Shown: in pieces, positions 34,781-43,653 of the stretch
How positions within the stretch are numbered: the stretch's first letter is position 1
How the letters are laid out: each line of letters starts with the position of its first letter
NCBI GenBank assembly: GCA_963575745.1
Contig: CAUYUJ010000124.1
Span: 62,001 to 117,937 of the forward strand
Direction: 5' to 3'
Length of the DNA stretch: 55,937 nt
Source: Prorocentrum cordatum
Lineage: Eukaryota
The notes under the pieces: generated by a model
Databases searched by the model: none
Told to the model about the DNA's origin: nothing
Seen by the model: only the letters and a program-made list of their open reading frames with translations
Translations under genes and position numbers: made by a program

Positions 34781-37700
34781 ACTGGGCGCCGGCGGTAAAC
34801 CGTCAACCTTGGTTACCGCCGGGGAACTCGTAGAGCTTCCAAGCTCGACTTAAGTTGAGAAAACCGACAGCACCTACCAACATTCTGACTCATAGTGAAT
34901 ATTTGTTGACCTCTGCATGCGACCAGCGGACGCGTCTGATGTCTGCGAATCGACTCCTGTCATTACCAGCCCCGCAGCCCCCCTACAGCCCGAGATCAGT
35001 GCAGAAAACCGACAGCATCTCTCAGGATGACTCGAACAACACAATAGTTTCGCGAACCTAGTTCGGGCAGCAGACCGAGTTCCGAGCTCTGCATTCGACA
35101 GGCGGACGCGCATGATATCTTTAAATCGATTCATTACAACCTGCACTGCAGCCCCCCAGCACTGCAGCCCCTCTCAGCGCAAGGTTAAGTGAAGAAAACG
35201 AGAGCCTTCTCAAGGATGCTCGACATACGGAATAATTTCCGGCGAATTCTAGATCGGTCCAAGAGACCGAGTTTCAGACTTATGATCACAGACAAACTCA
35301 ACTGACGATGATGAATCAGTTTTCTGTAAATATCAGCTCTGTAGCTGTCTTACAGCTCGAGTTGAGTACAGAAACCGAGAGTTTCTGTCAAGATGACTCG
35401 AATAATACGAATAGGTTTGCGGACCTAGCTCGGCTCACAGACCGAGTTCAGACCTCTGGATTCAACAGGCGAACGCGCCTAATCATTCTGAATACGATAG
35501 GTGTGCTTACCAGCTCTGTATCTGCCCTACAGCTCGAGTTAAGTACAAAATACCGACAGTTTTTCTGTCTAGATCACTCGATAATCGAATGGTTTGACAG
35601 GGGAACCTAGATCGGCTTCACCGACCGAGTTTCAACCTCCGGATTCAACAGCGAACGCGTCTAATCAATTCTGAATGCGATAGGTGTACTTACCAAGCAC
35701 TGTAGCTGCCCAGAGCTCGAGGTTAAGTACAAAATACCGACAACGCGTATCAAGATTACTCGAAACGGCCGATCCCGCCAGTGTGCTTTTTGGCAGTAAA
35801 AGGTACCCGATCGAGCTGAGATCATATGGCGAGCGGGAATAAGATCGAATATCACGGGAAAAAATACTAGAGCTCTAACGAATGGTCAAATTCCGAGAAC
35901 AAAATTTTCAACCGACCAAAAGTCACCAAAAGTTCCGTCGAGATTTTTCTTGCCAACTAGCTCTCCAGCGCACCGGAATCTCTGATGTCTGCGAATCGAC
36001 TCCTGTCATTACCAGCCCCGCAGCCCCCCTACAGCCCGAGATCAGTGCAGAAAACCGACAGCATCTCTCAGGATGACTCGAACAACACAATAGTTTCGCG
36101 AACCTAGTTCGGGCAGCAGACCGAGTTCCGAGCTCTGCATTCGACAGGCGGACGCGCATGATATCTTTAAATCGATTCATTACAACCTTCACTGCAGCCC
36201 CCTCTCAGCGCAAGTTAAGTGAAGAAAACCGAGAGCACTTCTCAAGATGACTCGACCAATACGAATAATTTCGCGATTCTAGATCGGTCAGAAGACCGAG
36301 ATCAGAGCTATGGATTGAACAGACAAACTCAACTCACGGTTATGAATCAGTGTCTGTAAATACCAGCTCTGTAGCTGTCTTACAGCTCGAGTTGAGTACA
36401 GAAACCGAGAGTTTCTGTCAAGATGACTCGAATAATACGAATAGGTTTGCGGACCTAGCTCGGCTCACAGACCGAGTTCAGACCTCTGGATTCAACAGGC
36501 GAACGCGCCTAATCATTCTGAATACGATAGGTGTGCTTACAGGCTCTGTATCTGCCCTACAGCTCGAGTTAAGTACAAAATACCGACAGTTTCTGTCTAG
36601 ATCACTCGAATAATACGAATAGGTTTGCGGACCTAGCTCGGCTCACAGACCGAGTTCAGACCTCTGGATTCAACAGGCGAACGCGTCTATTCATTCTGAA
36701 TGCGATAGGTGTGCTTACCAGCTCTGTAGCTGCCTAGAGCTCGAGTTAAGTACAAAATACCGACAACGCGTATCAAGATGACTCGAAACGGCCGATCTCG
36801 CCACAGTGCTTTTTGGCCTTCAAAGTTACCCGATCGAGCTGAGATCAAGATGGCGAGCGGGAATAAGATCGAATATCACGGGAAAAAATACTAGAGCTCT
36901 AACGAATGGTCAAATTTCGAGAACAAAATTTTCAACCGACCAGTCAGCAAAGTTCCGTCGAGATTTTCTTGCCAACTAGCTCTCCAGCGCGCCGGAATTA
37001 CTGGGCGCCGGCGGTAAACCGTCAACCTTGGTTACCGTCGGGAGACTGGTAGAGCTTCCAAGCTCGACTGAAGTTGAGAAAACCGACAGCACCTACCAAC
37101 ATTCTGACTCATAGTGAATATTTTTTGACCTCTGAATGCGACAAGCGGACGCATCGGATGTCTGCGAATCGACTCCTGTCATTACCAGCCCCGCAGCCCC
37201 CCTACAGCCCGAGGTCAGTGCAGAAAACCGACAGGATCTCTCAGGATGACTCGAACAATACAATAGTTTCGCGAACCTAGTTCGGGCAGCAGACCGAGTT
37301 CCGAGCTCTGGATTCGACAGGCGGACGCGCGTGATCTCTTTAAATCGATTCATTACAACCTGCACTTCGAGCCCCCTCATCAGCGCAAGTTAAGTAAGAA
37401 AACACCGAGAGTCACTCTCAAGATGACTCGACCCAATAACGAATAATTCGCGCAGACCTAATTCGGTCAGAAGACCGAGTTCTGAGCTATGGATTCGACA
37501 GACAATACTCAACAGACGACTATGAAATCAGTTTTTCTGTAAATATATCGCTCTGTAGCTGTCTTCAGCTCGAGTGAGTACAAAAACCGAGAGTTTCTGC
37601 AAGATGACTCGAATAAATACGAATAGTTTGTCGGACCTACTCGGCTACACGACCGAGTTCTACCCTCTGGATTCAACAGGCGAACGCGCCTAATCATTCT

Positions 37701-39205
37701 GAATACGATACGTGTGCTTACCAGCTCTATATCTGCCCTACAGCTCGAGTTAAGTACAAAATACCGACAGTTTCTGTCTAGATCACTCGAATAATACGAA
37801 TAGGTTTGCGGACCTAGCTCGGCTCACAGACCGAGTTCAGACCTCTGGATTCAACAGGCGAACGCGTCTATTCATTCTGAATGCGATAGGTGTGCTTACC
37901 AGCTCTGTAGCTGCCCTAGAGCTCGAGTTAAATACAAAATACCGACAACGCGTATCAAGATGACTCGAAACAGCCGATCTCGCCACAGTGCTTTTTGGCC
38001 TTCAAAGTTACCCGATCGAGCTGAGATCAAGATGGCGAGCGGGAATAAGATCGAATATCACGGGAAAAAATACTAGAGCTCTAACGAATGGTCAAATTCC
38101 GAGAACAAAATTTTCAACCGACCAAAAGTCACCAAAAGTTCCGTCGAGATTTTTCTTGCCAACTAGCTCTCCAGCGCACCGGAATCTCTGATGTCTGCGA
38201 ATCGACTCCTGTCATTACCAGCCCCGCAGCCCCCCTACAGCCCGAGATCAGTGCAGAAAACCGACAGCATCTCTCAGGATGACTCGAACAACACAATAGT
38301 TTCGCGAACCTAGTTCGGGCAGCAGACCGAGTTCCGAGCTCTGCATTCGACAGGCGGACGCGCATGATATCTTTAAATCGATTCATTACAACCTTCACTG
38401 CAGCCCCCTCTCAGCGCAAGTTAAGTGAAGAAAACCGAGAGCACTTCTCAAGATGACTCGACCAATACGAATAATTTCGCGATTCTAGATCGGTCAGAAG
38501 ACCGAGATCAGAGCTATGGATTGAACAGACAAACTCAACTCACGGTTATGAATCAGTGTCTGTAAATACCAGCTCTGTAGCTGTCTTACAGCTCGAGTTG
38601 AGTACAGAAACCGAGAGTTTCTGTCAAGATGACTCGAATAATACGAATAGGTTTGCGGACCTAGCTCGGCTCACAGACCGAGTTCAGACATCTGGATTCA
38701 ACAGACGAACGCGCCTAATCATTCTCAATACGATAGGTGTGCTTACCAGCTCTGTATCTGCCCTAGAGCTCGAGTTAAGTACAAAATACCGACAGTTTCT
38801 GTCTAGATTACTGGAATAATACGAATAGATGCAGACCTAGCTCGGCTCACAGACCGAGTTCAGACCTCTGGAGTCAACAGGCGAACGCGTCTATCCATTC
38901 TAAATGCGATAGGCGTGCTTACCAGCTCTGTAGCTGCCCTGGAGCTCGAGTTAAGTACAAAATACCGACAACGCGTATCAAGATGACTCGAAACGGCCGA
39001 TCTCGCCACAGTGCTTTTTGGCCTTCAAAGTACCCGATCGAGCTGACATCAAGATGGCGAGCGGGAATAAGATCGAATATCACGAAAAAAATACTAGAGC
39101 TCTAACGAATGGTCAAATTCCGAGAACAAAATGTTCAACCGACCAAAAGTCACCAAAAGTTCCGTCGAGATTTTTCTTGCCAACTAGCTCTCGAGCGCAC
39201 CGGAA
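34781..39205. repeat. Tandem duplication of about 2.2 kb
   Basis: 34781-36999 is similar to 37000-39205. The same odd junction (caccggaatctctgatgtctgcg) occurs at about 35971 and 38177. Confidence 0.88.
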
Positions 39206-39479
39206 TTACTCTTAAGCTTCCAGCAACTAGCTTAGGGAAGCTCTACGAGTCGTTACTCTAAAGTTTCCAGCAAAAACTTGCTAAGGGAAGCTCTACGAGT
39301 TAATAACTAGGAACCGGCGGTAAACCGTCAACCAGGTTACCGCCGGGACTCTCGTAGAGCTCTTCCTCACACCCCTGCACCTACAGACCTGGAAATTTTA
39401 CTGGCAGACGCGTCTTAACTCACTACATGTGCGGAAAATCTGCTTTCTCAAATACCAAATATTCGCAAAAGCACGCAAA

Positions 39480-39830
39480 CTGGCGCCGGCGGTGAACCGT
39501 CTCGTAGAGCTCCTTTCACGTGTAAGAGTGCTCAGAGTCAGAAGAGAGCTTCTGGAAGCATTTCTCGAAAAAAGAAAAACATCATTCTTTGTGTCGACAT
39601 AAAGTTGGTTGCTCCAAGTGTTTTGATAGTAAAGGTGCGCCTACAGAGCTCATATTAAGACAGAAGAAAGTTTCAATGCTAATGCTCAGAGTGAAAATCT
39701 GCTTCCATCTTTCAATAAATTGCAAAACCACGCCAAAGTTATCACATCTTCTTTTCTGGTCGGGCCGACAAACTAGCTCCCCTGCGCCAGAATTCCTCAA
39801 CTTCATCGATACCGAAGAGCCTGCGAGGTA
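39480..39830 (-). mobile_element. HINE family B copy (hairpin partly deleted)
   Basis: Body matches 30294-30693; 5' end gaagagcctgcgaggta. Confidence 0.7.
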
Positions 39831-39898
39831 AGTTACCACTTTGTCCTTTCTCGCCGGGTCGACCAACTGGGCGCCGGCGGTAAACCGTCAACCTGGTT

Positions 39899-40140
39899 TT
39901 TGAGTTTGAGTCAGGGCGCGGACAGCTGTGACAGCTGAGCCCTAAGACTCCCAAACGGAGCACAGGGTAGCTGGAGAGGGCAACTCTTATCATCACACTG
40001 CCGAGCCACTGAGGCACAGGCAACGGAATAGGATGCAGGAACAAGGAAAAGGATGCAATACAACATGTGAAAATGTAAAGGTGTTGGAGAGCTCCAAGCA
40101 AGATGAAGTGAGTCAGCTGCTTGGATGAAAGATGCTACCC
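39899..40140 (-). mobile_element. 3' end of another retroposon-like insert at the same hairpin site, cut off by the autonomous Helentron
   Basis: Minus strand ...ctgactcaaactcaaa joined to aaccaggttgacgg; unique sequence that ends at the Helentron 3' terminus. No 5' TSD is visible. Confidence 0.55.
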
Positions 40141-40144
40141 AAAA

Positions 40145-40187
40145 TGTGCTCCACGGCCATACAGAGCCGTGGACCTCGTAGAGCTCC
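40145..40187 (-). other. 3' terminus of the autonomous element (subTIR plus hairpin)
   Basis: Plus strand: stem tccacggc (40150-57)/gccgtgga (40166-73), then acctcgtagagctcc (40173-87), identical to the subTIR of family-B HINEs. The minus strand ends GCACA followed by TTTT. Confidence 0.8.
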
Positions 40188-40399
40188 TAGCCACGTGTCA
40201 TAAGTCCATGCATATCTCTGGAATGCGCACGGTGAATTTATTTCCAATAATAGAATGAACACATACATGTATGAGTTTCAAGGCGTCTTCCAGCGCGCGA
40301 GAGCGATGCTTCCGTGGCAGCGCACCTGTATGTAGACATGTACAGATGGACAAGCATGCGAAAATAGGATCGACGTCAGCAGGCGCGGCAACGCACCGG

Positions 40400-40607
40400 G
40401 CACGAGCGCGCGCACGCACATACGCGCGCACGCGAATAAATACAATCTCACGCGCGCACGCACTCACAACCACGCGCGCTCACTCACGCACCGGCACCCC
40501 TCACGCACACACATGCACACACACGCACGCGCACACACACACACACACGCACACACACACGCACACACACGCACTCAAACACACACACACACAAAAAAAA
40601 AAAAACA

Positions 40608-40638
<31 letters not shown>

Positions 40639-40730
40639 GCATACAGACACTAACACAGACACAGACACAGACACACCCACACGCACACGCACACACACAC
40701 ATACACACAGACGCGGCCACACACACACAC

Positions 40731-40761
<31 letters not shown>

Positions 40762-41199
40762 TGCCTGCCAGACACACACACACAAACACACACAAACGCA
40801 AACATCTACAGATACAGACGGACCGACGCCTTCGCACTCACAAACCCATCCCCCCGCTGCTCAGCGCTCTCAATCCCCCGCGAAATCCTCGCGCCCCCGC
40901 GCACCCCGCCCCCCCCCCTTCCCGCCGGCGCTCCGGAGGGGGGAGGCACCGCCCCATGTCGGGGCCGGCCCTCCCTCCACTCCAACCACTCCGCCCTCGC
41001 GGAGCGCCGGGGGGGAGGGAGGATGGGGAGGGGGGGGAGGGGGGGGGGGGGCGCGGGCGGCGCCAGCACCGCGCGCGCACACACGCACACAAACGCACAC
41101 ACACACGCTCACACACACACACACACAAACAGACAAACGCAGACACAGCCACACACACACACACGCGCGCCCACACACACCAGCCAGACACGCACACGC

Positions 41200-41242
<43 letters not shown>

Positions 41243-41609
41243 CACACACACACACACCCGCAATCCACAGACACGGACACACTGACGACGTCGCACTTAC
41301 ACACCGATCCCCACACTGGTTAGCGCTCTCCGCCCCCGCGACCCCCCTGCCGCCCCTGCGCGCCCCGCCCCCCCGCTCTTCCCGCCGTCGCTCCGGAGGG
41401 GGGAGGCACCGCCCCATGTCGGGGCCGGCCCTCCCTCCACTCCGTCCACTCCGCCCTCGCGGAGCGCCGGAGGAAAGGGCGGAGGGGGGGGAGGGGAGGG
41501 GGGCGCAGGCGGCGCCAGCACCGTGCGCGCACGCACACACACACGCACACACGCACACCCACGCACACACACACGCACACACACGCACACACACACGCAC
41601 ACGCAACCG

Positions 41610-41644
<35 letters not shown>

Positions 41645-42363
41645 CGGCAATCAAGCAACATGCGCATGACACGCCCCCTCCCCCCCCCTCCCAAAAAAAA
41701 AATAAAAACACGTAAACACGCAACACGTCCCACAACACAACACACACACACACATGCACATACACGCAAACATAAACCACACCCGCACACACACAACACA
41801 ACACAACATAACGCACAAACACACATAAACACACGCACATACTACACACCCACGCACACACACGGCACACACATGCACAGAGACGCACATCATACACATG
41901 ACAGCACCCCCACGCAACGCACGCACCACACACACACACACACAACACACACGCACGCACACTACACACTCACACACGACACACACACACACACGCACAA
42001 CGCACCCGAACACCACACACACACACACATACGCACACGCACCCGAACACACACACACACACACACACACGCGCAAGCACATGCGCATACACGCACACGT
42101 AAACAAGCACAGACGCACATCCACACACACGCAAACATAAACACACACGCACACACACACACACACACAGACGCGCACAAGCACACACACACACACGCAG
42201 ACACACACACGCACACACATGCACACACGCACACATACACACGCAGACATACACACACACGCGCGCGCACACACACATAATCACACATGCACGCATACAC
42301 ACACGCACACACACATGCACATAAACGCATACAAAGACGAGCACACACACACACACACACGCA

Positions 42364-42407
<44 letters not shown>

Positions 42408-42864
42408 AACGCACACACACACACACACTTACACACACACACACACACACACACGCACGCACGCACGCACACACACACACATACACACACGGACAAAGAC
42501 AGACACAGGCACGCACACACACAAACACACACACACACACGAGCACACACACCTCCCAGACGCACAACACACACAGACACACACAGACACACACAACACC
42601 CACGGACACGGACACACTGATGACGTCGCCCTTACAAACCGATCCCCACGCTGGTCAGCGCTCTCCACCCCCGCGACCCTCTGCCGCCTCCGCGCGCCCC
42701 CCACCCCCCCCCCGCCCTCCCTGCCGGCGCTCCGGAGGGGGGAGGCACCGCCCCATTTCGGGGCCGGCCCTCCCTCCACTCCAACCACTCCGCCCTCGCG
42801 GAGCGCCAAGGGGAAGGGCGGAAGGGGAGGGGGGGGGGGGGCGCGGGCGGCGCCAGCGCCGCGA

Positions 42865-42896
<32 letters not shown>

Positions 42897-43008
42897 GCCC
42901 ACAGACACACACACACACAGACACACACACGCCCACACACACACACACACGTACACACACGCACACACACACAGACGCACACACACACAAACACAAACAC
43001 GCACAGAC

Positions 43009-43078
<70 letters not shown>

Positions 43079-43083
43079 CCACA

Positions 43084-43120
<37 letters not shown>

Positions 43121-43220
43121 CCACACACACACACGTACACACACACACACACAGACGCACACACACACACACAAACACAAACACGCACAGACACACGCAC
43201 ACACACACACATGCACATTA
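40400..43220. repeat. Degenerate (CA)n microsatellite field in the 3' non-coding part of the Helentron
   Basis: About 2.8 kb of CA/CACG/CAGA repeats interrupted by three GC-rich units. Confidence 0.97.
40860..42865. repeat. Three copies of a roughly 200-bp GC-rich unit (about 40860-41075, 41320-41525, 42655-42865)
   Basis: Shared core cgctccggaggggggaggcaccgccccat.tcggggccggccctccctccactcc..ccactccgccctcgcggagcgcc, closed by an inverted repeat. Confidence 0.9.
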
Positions 43221-43653
43221 CACGGGCAACGCCGCTGGATTCAGCTCATTCCTCCCCATCTCCGCGCTGACTACTGCCATGCACCACTCGATCGGCGCCG
43301 CAGCGCGGAGATCCAGCCCTTCCAACCAACGCACCCCCCGCGCCGCGCAAGCGCTCCAGAGGGGGGAGGGGCCGCCGCACTACGGGGCCAGCCATCCCTC
43401 CGCTCCAGTCCGTCGCAACACGCAGCACAGCCTTGCTTCATTCAGCCCCCCCTCCGCCCTCCCTCGCCCACCCCCGCCCCCCTTGTCCTGCCCCCCACCC
43501 CCCCTCCCCCAAACACCCACCCCACCTCCCGATCGCACGCCCCACACACACACACACACCTCCCCTTCATTCCCTCTTCGAAACCCAAAATCCCTGCCCA
43601 GCCCTGTCCTATCGGCCCGAATGCCAGGCGGACCCCGCCGACCGATCCAGCTC

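Larger units (their letters stand above)
21840..39000. repeat. 178-bp satellite arrays internal to family A HINEs
   Basis: The agctctgtagct register recurs at 28397/28575/28753 and 29833/30011 (period 178), in arrays of about 3-6 diverged units per element. Confidence 0.93.
1..39898. mobile_element. Nest of non-autonomous Helentron-associated elements (HINE/DINE-like)
   Basis: About 38 copies of a 3' end (GGAAGCTCTACGAG-TCCCGGCGGTAACCAAGGTTGACGGTTTACCGCCGG-CGCCCAG|T) and about 15 copies of a 5' end (TAACTCGTAGAGCTTCC or TACCTCGTAGAGCTC). These form asymmetric terminal inverted repeats. Confidence 0.88.

Noticed and set aside
21838..39215. Many 60-140 aa ORFs within satellite arrays
   Set aside because: Recurrent chance frames of the 178-bp repeat, not kept open between copies.
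254..39898. Recurrent palindromic 55-60 bp motif read as a CRISPR or integron-like array
   Set aside because: Spacing is irregular (150 bp to several kb), the intervening DNA is repetitive rather than unique, there are no cas or integrase genes, and the motif pairs with a 5' subTIR as a transposon end.
40271..43270. Long His/Thr and Cys/Val ORFs
   Set aside because: Translations of CA/TG microsatellite.
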